A stretch of 64,000 nt of DNA from an uncultured Actinomycetota bacterium (GTDB lineage Bacteria; Actinomycetota; Actinomycetes; Propionibacteriales; Nocardioidaceae). A program made the translations under genes and the position numbers. Under the pieces are notes generated by a model. It searched no databases and had not been told where the DNA came from. It saw only the letters and a program-made list of their open reading frames with translations. Within the stretch, counting starts at the first letter, position 1; every line of letters starts with the position of its first letter. Positions 1-10,584 of the stretch are shown piece by piece. Where the stretch lies: contig CAVOST010000007.1 in assembly GCA_963698945.1 (NCBI GenBank), forward strand, positions 95,362 to 159,361. The letters run 5' to 3'.

Positions 1-452
1 CGACATCGGGCTGAACAGCGAGGCGGCGGCCTTCACGGGCGTGCCGGTCGCGCGCACGAAGCTCACGCTGTTCGTGCTCGCCGGGGCGGTCTCGGCCCTC
101 GCCGGCGTCTACTTCACGCTGCGCTTCTCCAGCTCCCGCGGCGACAACGCCACCGGCCTCGAGCTCCAGGTGATCGCCGCGGTCCTGCTGGGCGGCGTCT
201 CGATCTTCGGCGGTCGCGGGCGGCTGCACGGCGTCGTCGCCGGCGTACTGCTCATCGGCGTGCTGTCCAGCGCCCTGCGACTGCAGGGCGTGACGGTCAA
301 CGTCATCAACATCATCATCGGGCTGCTCCTCGTGGCCTCGGTGATGTCCACCAGCGTCCTGGCGTGGGTCTCGGACGACCGCAGCCAGGCGTCACCACCG
401 GGGCAACCGCCCCCAGCTCGCGCCGGCAGGCGTCGGAAACCAAGAGAGGTAG
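1..452 (+). CDS. Rhamnose ABC transporter permease, C-terminal part (truncated by window; 3' end approximate)
   Basis: Hydrophobic RbsC-type sequence 'GLELQVIAAVLLGGVSIFGGRG'; directly upstream of a sugar-binding protein and the rha genes. The apparent fusion to the next gene is an indel artefact. Confidence 0.8.
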
Positions 453-459
453 TGCTGTC

Positions 460-1498
460 ATGTCCCACTCCAAGGAAGGTCACGGGGCTCCTCGCCCTGA
501 CCGTCGCGCTCGCGCTGACAGCCGCAGGCTGTGGCAAGGGCGAGGGCGACTCGTCGAGCTCGGGCGACTCGGGCTCGAGCTCCAAGAAGACCTCGGTCAC
601 GTTCATCCCCAAGAACCTCGGCAACCCCTACTTCGACACCAGCGACAAGGGTGGCGAGAAGGCGGTCCACGAGTTCGGCGGCACCTACGCCCAGGTCGGC
701 CCGCAGGAGGCCAGCCCGGACGCCCAGGCGCAGTACATCGACACCGAGGCGCAGAAGCACACCTCGGCCATCGTGCTGTCGGCCAACGACCCCAAGGCCC
801 TGTGCGACTCGCTCGACAAGGCCAAGCAGGGCGGCACCAAGATCGTCACGTTCGACTCCGACACCGACCCGGCGTGCCGCGACCTGTTCGTCAACCAGGC
901 CAGCACCGAGGGCATCGGCAAGGTGCAGGTCGACATGATCGCCGACCAGATCGGTGACTCCGGCGAGATCGCCATCCTCTCGGCGGCCGCCAACGCCACC
1001 AACCAGAACGCCTGGATCGACGTGATGAAGAAGGAGCTGGCCGCCAGCCACCCCAACATCAAGCTCGTCGAGACCGTCTACGGCAACGACGACGACCAGA
1101 CGTCCTTCGACAAGACCGCAGCGCTGCTGCAGAAGCACCCGAACCTCAAGGGCATCATCTCGCCCACCACGGTCGGCATCGCCGCCGCGGCGCGCTACCT
1201 GTCGAAGTCCTCGAGCAAGGGCAAGGTCCACCTGACCGGTCTCGGCACGCCGAACCAGATGCGGACCTACGTCAAGGACGGCACCGTCTCCGAGTTCGCG
1301 CTGTGGAACCCCGAGGACCTCGGCTACCTGGCGGCGTACGCGGCCGAGGCACTGGTCAAGGGCGACATCAGCGGCAAGTCCGGTGACAAGTTCAAGGCCG
1401 GCAAGCTCGGCGAGTACACCGTCGGCGACGACGCCAGCGTCGTGCTCGGCGACCCGTTCAAGTTCAACAAGAGCAACATCGACCAGTTCAACTTCTAG
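460..1498 (+). CDS. rhaS: Rhamnose ABC transporter substrate-binding lipoprotein (indel near 5' end)
   Basis: GAGAGG RBS before ATG 460; lipobox 'LTAAGC'; 'FIPKNLGNPYF' periplasmic-binding-protein-1 signature; rha context. Confidence 0.85.
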
Positions 1499-1512
1499 GT
1501 CGAGGAGGCAAC

Positions 1513-1884
1513 GTGGCGGACCTGGAGCGAGTCTGCTTCCAGCTCCAGGTCCGCCCGGACCGGATCGCTGAGTACGTCGAGCGACACCGGTCGGTGTGGG
1601 CGGAGATGGTGCAGGCCCTGGCAGACACCGGATGGCACAACTACTCGCTGTTCCTGCGCGAGGACGGCCTGTTGATCGGGTACTTCGAGACCGACGACCT
1701 GCAGGCCGCCCTCGCCGGGATGGATGCCACCGAGGTGAACGCCAGGTGGCAGGCCGAGATGGCCGAGTTCTTCGTCGACCTCGACGGTGCGCGTCCCGAC
1801 ACCGGCTTCCTGCAGCTCACCGAGATCTTCCACCTAGAGGACCAGCTCAACGCGCTCGACCCGGAACAGAGAGACCAGACATGA
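1513..1884 (+). CDS. rhaM: L-rhamnose mutarotase
   Basis: 'EYVERHRSVWAEM...GWHNYSLF...WQAEM' RhaM motifs. Confidence 0.9.
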   Translation: MADLERVCFQLQVRPDRIAEYVERHRSVWAEMVQALADTGWHNYSLFLREDGLLIGYFETDDLQAALAGMDATEVNARWQAEMAEFFVDLDGARPDTGFLQLTEIFHLEDQLNALDPEQRDQT

Positions 1885-3059
1885 CCAGCTTCGACGACAT
1901 CAGCCGGCGCCTGGAGGCGCTCGCGATCGAGGTCCCCTCGTGGGCCTACGGCAACTCCGGCACCCGCTTCAAGGTGTTCGGAACGCCGGGGACCCCGCGC
2001 GGCGTGCAGGAGAAGATCGAGGACGCCGCCGCGGTGCACCGGTTCACCGGGCTGTCGCCGAGCGTCGCGCTGCACATCCCGTGGGACATGGTCGACGACT
2101 TCGCCGCGCTGCGCTCCCACGCGGAGGAGCAGGGGGTGCGCCTCGGGACCATCAACAGCAACACCTTCCAGGACGATGACTACAAGCTCGGCAGCCTCAC
2201 CCACGTCGACCCGAAGGTGCGCGCCAAGGCGGTGCAGCACAACCTGGACTGCATCGACGTGATGAACCAGACCGGCTCGCGCGACCTGAAGATCTGGCTC
2301 GCGGACGGCACCAACTACCCCGGGCAGGGCGACATCCGTGCCCGGCAGGACTGGCTGGCCGAGGGTCTGGCGGAGATCTACGCGCAGCTCAGCGACGACC
2401 AGCGGCTGGTGCTGGAGTACAAGTTCTTCGAGCCGGCGTTCTACCACACCGACGTGCCCGACTGGGGCACGTCGTACGTCCAGGTGGCGGCCCTCGGGGA
2501 CCGTGCGGTGGTGTGCCTCGACACCGGTCACCACGCGCCCGGCACGAACATCGAGTTCATCGTGGCCCAGCTGCTGCGGCTCGGGAAGCTCGGCTCGTTC
2601 GACTTCAACTCGCGCTTCTACGCCGACGACGACCTGATGGTCGGCGCAGCCGACCCGTTCCAGCTCTTCCGGATCATGGTCGAGGTGATCAGGGGCGGCG
2701 GCTACGGGCCCGCCCCCGACGGTCGGCAGAGCGACGTGGCGTTCATGCTCGACCAGTGCCACAACATCGAGGCGAAGGTGCCCGGGCAGATCCGTTCGGT
2801 GCTCAACGTGCAGGAGATGACCGCGCGGGCGCTGCTGCTCGACACCGAGGCCCTCGAGGCGGCGCGCAGCAACGGTGACGTGCTGGCCGCGAACGAGGTC
2901 TACATGGACGCGTTCTACACCGACGTACGACGTGACCTGGCGGCCTGGCGCGAGGAGCGCGGGCTGCCGGCAGACCCGATGCGTGCCTACCTGGCCAGCG
3001 GGTACCAGCAAGAGATCGAGGGGGCCCGCGTCGGCGGCGCCCAGGCGGGATGGAACTGA
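1881..3059 (+). CDS. rhaI: L-rhamnose isomerase (Streptomyces/RhaI type)
   Basis: 'EVPSWAYGNSGTRFKVF', 'LHIPWD', 'EYKFFEP', 'LDTGHH', 'YADDDL'; ATGA overlap with rhaM. Confidence 0.92.
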   Translation: MTSFDDISRRLEALAIEVPSWAYGNSGTRFKVFGTPGTPRGVQEKIEDAAAVHRFTGLSPSVALHIPWDMVDDFAALRSHAEEQGVRLGTINSNTFQDDDYKLGSLTHVDPKVRAKAVQHNLDCIDVMNQTGSRDLKIWLADGTNYPGQGDIRARQDWLAEGLAEIYAQLSDDQRLVLEYKFFEPAFYHTDVPDWGTSYVQVAALGDRAVVCLDTGHHAPGTNIEFIVAQLLRLGKLGSFDFNSRFYADDDLMVGAADPFQLFRIMVEVIRGGGYGPAPDGRQSDVAFMLDQCHNIEAKVPGQIRSVLNVQEMTARALLLDTEALEAARSNGDVLAANEVYMDAFYTDVRRDLAAWREERGLPADPMRAYLASGYQQEIEGARVGGAQAGWN

Positions 3060-3060
3060 G

Positions 3061-5092
3061 ATGACTGTGGTGACCGAGCTCGTGGAGCGGTCCAACCGGT
3101 TGGGCGCTGACCCGCGCAACACCAACTACGCCGGGGGGAACACCTCCGCCAAGGGCAGCGAGACCGACCCGGTGACCGGCGAGCCGGTCGACCTGCTCTG
3201 GGTGAAGGGCTCCGGCGGCGACCTCGGCACGCTCACAGCCCGATGGCCTGGCGGCGCTGCGCCTGGACCGGATGCGGGCGCTGGTCGGCGTCTACCCCGG
3301 CGTCGAGCGCGAGGACGAGATGGTCGCCGCGTTCGACTACTGCCTGCACGGCAAGGGCGGCGCCGCGCCGTCGATCGACACCGCCATGCACGGCCTGGTC
3401 GACGCGGCCCACGTCGACCACCTGCACCCCGACTCCGGCATCGCCATCGCGACCTCGGCCGACGGTGAGGCACTGACCAAGGAGATCTTCGGCGACGCGG
3501 TGGTGTGGGTGCCGTGGCGCCGTCCCGGCTTCCAGCTGGGGCTCGACATCGCCGAGATCAAGGAGCGCAACCCGCAGGCCATCGGCTGCATCCTGGGCGG
3601 CCACGGCATCACCGCCTGGGGCGAGACCAGCGAGGAGTGCGAGACCAACTCGCTGCACATCATCAACACCGCTGCGGCCTACATCGCCGAGCACTCCAAG
3701 GCCGAGCCGTTCGGGGCCGCGCTCCCTGGCTACGAGCCGTTGCCGGAGGCGGAGCGTCACGCCAGGGCGGCGGCGATCGCGGCCACGATCCGTGGCCTCG
3801 CCTCGCACGACCGACCGATGGTCGGCCACTACAACGACTCCGACGTGGTGCTCGACTTCCTCGCTCACGCCGAGCACCCACGGCTGGCCGCGCTGGGCAC
3901 GTCGTGCCCCGACCACTTCCTCCGCACCAAGGTCAAGCCGCTGGTCCTCGACCTGCCCGGCACGGCGAGCGCGGAGGAGATGGCGACGCGGCTCAAGGAG
4001 CTGCACGAGCCCTACCGCGAGGACTACCAGGCCTACTACGACCGGCACTCGACGCCGGACTCGCCGGCGATCCGCGGCGCCGACCCGCTGATCGTGCTGG
4101 TGCCCGGCGTCGGGATGTTCTCCTACGGCAAGGACAAGCAGACCGCGCGGGTGGCGGGGGAGTTCTACGTCAACGCCATCAACGTGATGCGGGGCGCCGA
4201 GGGTCTCTCGACGTACGCGCCGATCGACGAGTCGGAGAAGTTCCGCATCGAGTACTGGGCCCTCGAGGAGGCCAAGCTCCAGAGGATGCCGAAGCCCAAG
4301 CCGCTCGCGACCCGGATCGCGCTGGTCACCGGCGCGGCCAGCGGTATCGGCAAGGCGACCGCCCAGCGGCTCGCGGCCGAGGGCGCCTGCGTGGTCATCG
4401 CCGACCTCTCGCTCGAGAAGGCGCAGGAGGCGGCGGCGGAGATCGGGGGGTCCGACGTCGCAGTCGGCGTGGCCGCCGACGTCTCCGACGGCGACGCCGT
4501 GCAGGCGGTCGTCGACGCGACCGTGCTGGCGTTCGGCGGTCTCGACCTGGTCGTCAACAACGCCGGGCTCTCGTTGAGCAAGTCGTTGCTGGAGACCAGC
4601 GAGGACGACTGGGACCTGCAGCACGACGTGATGGCGAAGGGTTCGTTCCTGGTCTCCCGGGCTGCCGCGCGGGTGCTGATCGACCAGGAGATGGGCGGCG
4701 ACATCGTCTACATCTCCTCGAAGAACTCGCTGTTCGCCGGGCCGAACAACGTCGCGTACGGCGCGGCCAAGGCCGACCAGGCCCACCAGGTGCGGCTGCT
4801 CGCGGCCGAGCTCGGGGAGCACGGCGTCAAGGTCAACGGCGTCAACCCCGACGGGGTGGTGCAGGGCTCGGGCATCTTCGCCGGTGGCTGGGGCGCCAAG
4901 CGCGCTGAGGTGTACGGCGTGGAGGAGAAGGACCTCGGCAAGTTCTACGCCCAGCGCACGCTGCTCAAGCGGGAGGTGCTGCCGGAGAACATCGCCAACG
5001 CCGTGTTCGTGCTGTGCTCCGCCGACCTGTCGCACACCACCGGCCTGCACGTCCCGGTCGACGCAGGAGTCGCGGCGGCCTTCCTGCGATGA
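3061..5092 (+). CDS. Bifunctional rhamnulose-1-phosphate aldolase/short-chain dehydrogenase (frameshift ~3240)
   Basis: N-terminal class II aldolase 'NYAGGNTSAK...KGSGGDL', 'VDHLHP'; C-terminal SDR 'TGAASGIG', 'YGAAK'. Confidence 0.9.
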
Positions 5093-6526
5093 GCGAGAAC
5101 GAGGTCAGGGTCGTCGCCGTCGACCTCGGCGCCTCCTCCGGCCGGGTGATGGTCGCCCGGGTGGGGGTCGATCCCGACGTCCTCGACCTCGAGGAGGTGC
5201 ACCGGTTCCCCAACGGCGGGGTCCGCGCCGACGACGGCTCGCTGCGGTGGGACATCGAGCGCATCCACCGGGAGGTGCTGGTCGGTCTGCGCCGGGCCGG
5301 CGAGCTCGGGCCGGTCGACGGCATCGGCATCGACTCGTGGGCGGTGGACTACGGCCTGCTCGACGCGGAGGGCCGGCTGCTCGGGTCGCCGTACTCCCAC
5401 CGCGACGAGCGCACGGACGGCATCCCGGCACGGGTGGTCGACGACATCGGCGCCACCGAGCTCTACGCCAGCACCGGCCTGCAGCAGCTGCCGTTCAACA
5501 CGCTCTACCAGCTCGTCGCGGAGGAGGACAGCAGGCTCGAGCAGCGCGCACACGATGCTGCTGCTCCCCGACCTGCTGGGCTACTGGCTGACCGGGCAGA
5601 AGGGGGCCGAGCGGACCAACGCCTCGACCACGCAGTTCCTCGACGCCACGAGCCGCGAGTGGACCACCGGTCTCCTCGAGCGGCTGGGTCTGCCCACGCG
5701 GCTGCTGCCTCCCCTGCGCGATCCCGGGGAGGTCGTCGGCACGCTCCTGCCCGACGTCGCGGGCGAGGTGGGCCTTCCCGCCGACGTGCCCGTCATCGCG
5801 GTCGGGTCGCACGACACCGCCTCCGCGGTCGTCGGCGTGCCGGCCGAGGCCAGCGACTTCGCCTACATCTCCTCGGGCACGTGGTCGCTGGTCGGCCTCG
5901 AGCTGCCCGGTCCGGTGCTCACCGAGGAGGCGCGTCGGGCCGACTTCACCAACGAGGGCGGCGTCGACGGCACCACCCGCTTCCTGACCAACGTCATGGG
6001 CCTGTGGGTGCTGTCGGAGTGCGTGCGCAAGTGGCAGGAGGACGGCGTGCCCGACACCGACCTGCCGACCCTGCTGGACGGCGCGGCCTCGCTCCCGAAG
6101 AGCCCGGCCGTGATCGACATCGACCACCCGTCGCTGCTTCCGCAGGGCGACATGCCGGCGCGGCTGGCTCGGCTCGCGGGCCGCGCGGGCAGCCCCGTGC
6201 AGACCACCCGGCTGATCCTCGACAGCCTGGCCGCGGCCTACAGCGTCGCCCTCGAGACGGCAGCCGGGCTCGCCGGCGTGAGGCCGAGCGTGCTCCACGT
6301 CGTCGGTGGCGGCTCGGAGAACCGGCTGCTCTGCCAGCTCACCGCCGACGCGTGCCGGCTGCCCGTCGTGGCCGGCCCCAAGGAGGCCGCCGCGCTCGGC
6401 AACGTGCTCGTCCAGGCACGGGCCCTCGGCGTGGCGCTGGACGACCTCGGGCAGATGCGCGGGCTGCTCCGTCGTACCCAGACGTTGACGCGCTACGAGC
6501 CGGCCCTCATAGGGTCGGGCTCATGA
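5089..6526 (+). CDS. rhaB: Rhamnulokinase (frameshift ~5550)
   Basis: 'AVDLGASSGRV', 'IGIDSWAVDY', 'SHDTASAV', 'ISSGTWSLVG', 'FTNEGG'. Confidence 0.9.
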
Positions 6527-6536
6527 GGGTGGCCCC

Positions 6537-7275
6537 GTGAAGGTTGCACTGCAGGTCACGTGCGTCAACGACGCGCTCTTCCCGCACGTCGGGCAGGCCA
6601 CCGTCACGCTGCTGCGGCGGCTGGGCGTCGACGTGGAGTTCCCCGAGGGGCAGACGTGCTGCGGCCAGCCGATGGTGAACACCGGCTACCTCGACGAGGC
6701 CGTCCCCGCCGTACGACGCTTCACCGAGGCCTTCGCCGGCTACGACGCGATCGTCACGCCGTCGGGCTCGTGCGCGGGGTCGGTGCGGCACCAGCAGGCG
6801 ATCGTGGCGAAGCGGTCCGGTGACGTCGCGCTGGCCGAGCGCGTGGCCGAGCTCGCGCCGAGGACCTACGAGCTCTCGGAGTTCCTGGTCGACGTGCTCG
6901 GCGTCGAGGACGTGGGCGCGCACTTCCCGCACGTCGTCACCTACCACCCGACCTGCCACTCGCTGCGGCTGCTCGGACGTGGGCGAGCGGCCCCGGCGGC
7001 TGCTGTCGCACGTCGACGGGTTGACGCTGGTGGACCTGCCCGCGGCCGAGGAGTGCTGCGGCTTCGGTGGCACCTTCGCGGTCAAGAACGCCGACACGTC
7101 GGTCGCGATGGGCTCGGACAAGGCGAGGCACGTGCGCGACACCGGCGCCGAGGTGCTGGTGGCCGGCGACAGCTCCTGCCTGATGCACATCGGGGGACTG
7201 CTCGGGCGGCAGCGGGCCGGCGTACGCACGATGCACCTCGCCGAGGTGCTGGCCCAGTCGAGGACGCCCGCATGA
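6537..7275 (+). CDS. lutA: L-lactate dehydrogenase Fe-S subunit LutA/LldE (frameshift ~6975)
   Basis: Two CCG domains 'QTCCGQP', 'ECCGFGGTF'. Confidence 0.85.
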
Positions 7276-8705
7276 CCGCGACGTTCGTCGGCATGCCGCC
7301 GTTCCCGAAGGCCGCCCGCGAGGCCCTCGGCGACAGCCAGCTGCGCCACAACCTGGAGCACGCGACCCACACGATCCGCGAGAAGCGGGCGCGGGTCGTG
7401 GCGGAGGTCGACGACTGGGAGGAGCTGCGCACGCGCGCGGCGGCGATCAAGGACGCCACCCTGGCCGACCTCGAGCAGCACCTCGTCGAGCTCGAGGAGA
7501 AGCTCACCGCCAACGGCGCCGTCGTGCACTGGGCGCGCGACGGGGCCGAGGCCAACGCCATCGTGGCCGAGGTGGCGCGGTCGCACGGCGCCGACGAGGT
7601 GCTCAAGGTCAAGTCGATGGTCACGCAGGAGATCGGGCTCAACGAGTCGCTCGCGGAGCAGGGCATCCAGGCCTGGGAGACCGACCTCGCGGAGCTGATC
7701 GTGCAGCTCGGTGACGACCTGCCCAGCCACATCCTCGTCCCTGCCATCCACCGCAACCGCGCCGAGATCCGCGCCATCTTCGAGGAGCGGATGGCCGCGG
7801 CGGGACGGCCCGCCCCCGACGACCTGACCGACGACCCGGCGGCGCTCGCGTCGGCCGCCCGGCTGCACCTGCGCGAGAAGTTCCTGCACGCCAAGGTGGG
7901 TGTCTCCGGCGCCAACTTCGCGATCGCCGACACCGGCACGCTGGTCGTCGTCGAGTCCGAGGGCAACGGCCGGATGTGCCTGACCCTCCCGGACGTGCTC
8001 GTCTCGGTCGTCGGCATCGAGAAGGTGGTGCCGACCTTCGCCGAGCTCGACGTGTTCCTGCAGCTGCTGCCGCGCTCCTCGACCGGCGAGCGGATGAACC
8101 CCTACACGTCGATGTGGTCGGGCGTCACTCCCGGCGACGGGCCGCAGGAGGTGCACGTCGTGCTGCTCGACAACGGCCGCACCCGCGCGCTGGCCGACGA
8201 GGTCGGCCGCCAGGCGCTGCGCTGCATCCGCTGCTCGGCCTGCCTCAACGTCTGCCCGGTCTACGAGCGGGTGGGCGGGCACGCCTACGGATCGGTGTAC
8301 CCGGGGCCGATCGGCGCGATCCTCAACCCGCTGCTGCGCGGTGTCGGCACCGACCCGCAGGTCGACTCGCTCCCGTACGCCTCGTCGCTGTGCGGCGCCT
8401 GCTACGAGGTGTGCCCGGTGAAGATCGACATCCCTGCGGTGCTGGTCGACCTCCGCGCCCAGGTGGTCGACGCGCACCGCAACGGCCGGCCCAAGGCGGA
8501 GAAGGCGGCCATGAGGGGAGCCGGCGCGACGTTCGCGTCCGCGCGACGGCTGGGCCTTGCCGAGCGACTCGCGAAGCTGGGTACGGCGACCGCTCGCCAC
8601 CTCCCCGTCGCCTCGGCCTGGACCCGCACCCGCGACCTCCCCCCTGCCCCGCGCGAGTCCTTCCGCGCCTGGTGGAAGCGGACCCAGGCAGGGGGCCAGA
8701 AGTGA
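7272..8705 (+). CDS. lutB: Lactate utilization protein B (LutB/LldF)
   Basis: 'KVKSM', 'ETDLAELI', 'ESEGN', 4Fe-4S 'CIRCSACLNVCP'. Confidence 0.9.
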   Translation: MTATFVGMPPFPKAAREALGDSQLRHNLEHATHTIREKRARVVAEVDDWEELRTRAAAIKDATLADLEQHLVELEEKLTANGAVVHWARDGAEANAIVAEVARSHGADEVLKVKSMVTQEIGLNESLAEQGIQAWETDLAELIVQLGDDLPSHILVPAIHRNRAEIRAIFEERMAAAGRPAPDDLTDDPAALASAARLHLREKFLHAKVGVSGANFAIADTGTLVVVESEGNGRMCLTLPDVLVSVVGIEKVVPTFAELDVFLQLLPRSSTGERMNPYTSMWSGVTPGDGPQEVHVVLLDNGRTRALADEVGRQALRCIRCSACLNVCPVYERVGGHAYGSVYPGPIGAILNPLLRGVGTDPQVDSLPYASSLCGACYEVCPVKIDIPAVLVDLRAQVVDAHRNGRPKAEKAAMRGAGATFASARRLGLAERLAKLGTATARHLPVASAWTRTRDLPPAPRESFRAWWKRTQAGGQK

Positions 8706-9305
8706 GCGCCCGCGACGTCATCCTCAACCGCGTCCACAACGCGACCGCCACCGCGACCGCCCCCGACCCCGGGTCCCTGAGGAGGTCGCGCAGCGACCGT
8801 CTCGAAGGGCCCGCGCGCACCGCTCTGATCGACCTCTTCGTCGAGCGGGTCGAGGACTACCGCGCGGTCGTCGAGCGCTGCTCCGCTCGATGACCTCGCG
8901 GCCCGCGTGGCCGCAGCGGTCGAGGGTGGCTCGGTCGTCGTACCGGAAGGCCTCGCGCTCGACCTCCCCGGCGCCGTCGTCGACGACGGCCTCTCGGCCC
9001 TCGAGCTCGACGCCATCGACGCGGTTGTCACCCGCTCGGTGCTCGGCATCGCCGAGACCGGCACGATCGTGCTCGACCACGGCCCCGGCCAGGGCCGGCG
9101 CGCGATCACCCTGGTGCCGGACCGGCACGTCTGCATCGTCGCGGCCGACGACGTCGTCGCCGACGTCCCCGACGCGGTACCCCTGCTCGATCCCGCCCGC
9201 GCGCTCACCTGGATCAGCGGCCCCTCGGCCACCAGCGACATCGAGCTCTCCCGCGTCGAGGGCGTCCACGGACCGCGCAACCTGCACGTCATCGTCGTCG
9301 GCTGA
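8702..9305 (+). CDS. lutC: Lactate utilization protein C (LUD domain; frameshift ~8885; carries in-frame repeat)
   Basis: 'IAETGT', '[21 protein letters not shown]'; GTGA overlap with lutB. Confidence 0.85.
8771..8812 (+). repeat. Palindromic repeat family A, copy 1 (inside lutC)
   Basis: GGGTCCCTGAGGAGGTCGCGCAGCGACCGTCTCGAAGGGCCC; identical over 40-41 bp to copies at 55901 and 57055 (reverse complement). Confidence 0.95.
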
Positions 9306-9312
9306 GTCCGAT

Positions 9313-9439
9313 AGCCACGCCGAGCGGGGGATCCGTGCACGCGCCAGGGCACCGAGCGGGGGTTCCGTGCACAGGTCGCGTACTGCAAACCCCCGCTCGG
9401 CGTCGTACGACGTACCGAAATCCCCCGGTCGGCGTGGCT
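9313..9439. repeat. Nested inverted-repeat element upstream of tRNA-Ser
   Basis: Outer arms 9313-9332/9420-9439 (19/20 match); inner arms 9352-9364/9388-9400 (13/13). Confidence 0.85.
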
Positions 9440-9456
9440 CCGGTAGCCTCTCCCGC

Positions 9457-9546
9457 GGTGGCGTGTCCGAGCGGCCTAAGGAGAACGCCTCGAAAGCGTT
9501 TGTTGGAGCAATCCAACCGAGGGTTCAAATCCCTCCGCCACCGCCA
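9457..9546 (+). tRNA. tRNA-Ser (anticodon CGA)
   Basis: Acceptor stem GGTGGCG/CGCCACC, anticodon arm AACGC-CT-CGA-AA-GCGTT, long variable arm, GGTTCAAATCC T-arm, encoded CCA. Confidence 0.95.
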
Positions 9547-10067
9547 ACTTCTTCCCACGGATCGCTAGCCAGACGGGCGTGCAGGTGCTCGTCGTGGAAC
9601 TCGCCGTCGCCGTAGCGGTACGACGAGCGCAGGGTCCCTTCGACCGGGAAGCCGGCGCGCTCGGCCGCGAGGCAGGAGCCTCGGTTCTCGACTGCGTGGT
9701 ACAGCTGCAGCCGACGCAGCCCCTTCTCCACGAAGATGCGCCGGGCAGCGGTCGCGAGGGCCGTGGTGGCGACACCGCGGCCACGCTCCGCGACCACGAC
9801 GCGGTACCCCAGCTCGCCGATGCCCTGGTCGAGGTCGATGTGGAAGACCGAGATGGTGCCGAGGAACCGGTCGTCGTCGGCGTCGGCCACGGCCCAGGTC
9901 GCGAAGTCGTCGCCGCCCTCGTTCTGACGCGCCCGCCAGGCGGCGAGGTCGGTCTCCCGGTCCGGGTTCCACTTCACCGTCTCGGGATCGTCGAAGAGGT
10001 CGCGCAGCCGGGGGTCGTCGTCCGGCGAGAACGGCCGCAGCCGCACCGTCGCAGAGGCCATCGTCAT
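9525..10067 (-). CDS. GNAT (RimJ/RimL-type) N-acetyltransferase
   Basis: 'GELGYRV...RGRGVAT', 'ENRGSCLAAERAGFPVEG'; GGGAGGAG RBS before ATG 10067. Confidence 0.85.
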   Translation of the reverse strand: MTMASATVRLRPFSPDDDPRLRDLFDDPETVKWNPDRETDLAAWRARQNEGGDDFATWAVADADDDRFLGTISVFHIDLDQGIGELGYRVVVAERGRGVATTALATAARRIFVEKGLRRLQLYHAVENRGSCLAAERAGFPVEGTLRSSYRYGDGEFHDEHLHARLASDPWEEVGGGGGI

Positions 10068-10106
10068 CTCCTCCCGATCTCTGGCTGACAGTCTGACGTG
10101 CTGGGA

Positions 10107-10133
10107 TGTCGAGGACACCTCGACGGCTCCGAC
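10107..10133 (+). promoter_or_regulatory. Putative ECF42-dependent promoter
   Basis: TGTCGA-N17-CGAC upstream of the YciI/DGPF gene and ECF42-type sigma; resembles the reported ECF42 motif (recalled, not computed). Confidence 0.55.
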
Positions 10134-10185
10134 GTACCGGTGAAGGCTGCCGCCCGGGCGCCCGCGACGCAGATGGAGGTCTGCT

Positions 10186-10578
10186 GTGAAGTACGTGATC
10201 CTGATCCACGCCAACCCCGAGCCGTGGGGCCACCCGACATCGCGCTACACCGCCGAGGGCAGGCAGGTGGCGCCGGCGGAGCACGACCGGATGGACCGCG
10301 AGTTCGAAGCGCTGCTCGAGGAGCTCTCCAAGTCGGGGGAGTTCGTCACCGCGGAGGCGCTGGGCGACCCGTCGTCCTCGACGATCTACGGCTGGGACGC
10401 CGGAACACCCGTCCCCACGGACGGGCCCTACGCCGAGGCCAAGGAGCAGCTCGCCGGGTTCTTCCTCGTCGACACCGAGACCCGCGAGCGGGCCGAGGAG
10501 ATCGCCGCCCAGTTCGCCCAGCCGGGCGGAGTGATCGAGCTCCGGCCGGTGATGTCGCCCGGCGGCCCGGACGAGTAG
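10186..10578 (+). CDS. YciI/DGPF family protein
   Basis: 'TDGPYAEAKEQLAGFFLV...IELRP'. Confidence 0.9.
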   Translation: MKYVILIHANPEPWGHPTSRYTAEGRQVAPAEHDRMDREFEALLEELSKSGEFVTAEALGDPSSSTIYGWDAGTPVPTDGPYAEAKEQLAGFFLVDTETRERAEEIAAQFAQPGGVIELRPVMSPGGPDE

Positions 10579-10584
10579 GGACGC

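Noticed and set aside
41-1498. Apparent permease-substrate-binding protein fusion
   Set aside because: A separate RBS, ATG 460 and lipoprotein signal are present; the fusion arises from indels.
6537-8705. Apparent LutA-LutB fusion; likewise the FHA-PTP (40565-41809) and 1268-aa kinase (44304-48110) ORFs
   Set aside because: The junction segments are off-frame Arg/Pro-rich sequence, and true starts with ATGA overlaps exist.
460-9305. Rhamnose operon joined to lutABC as a novel pathway
   Set aside because: Coupling lactaldehyde/lactate disposal to rhamnose catabolism is established in actinobacteria.
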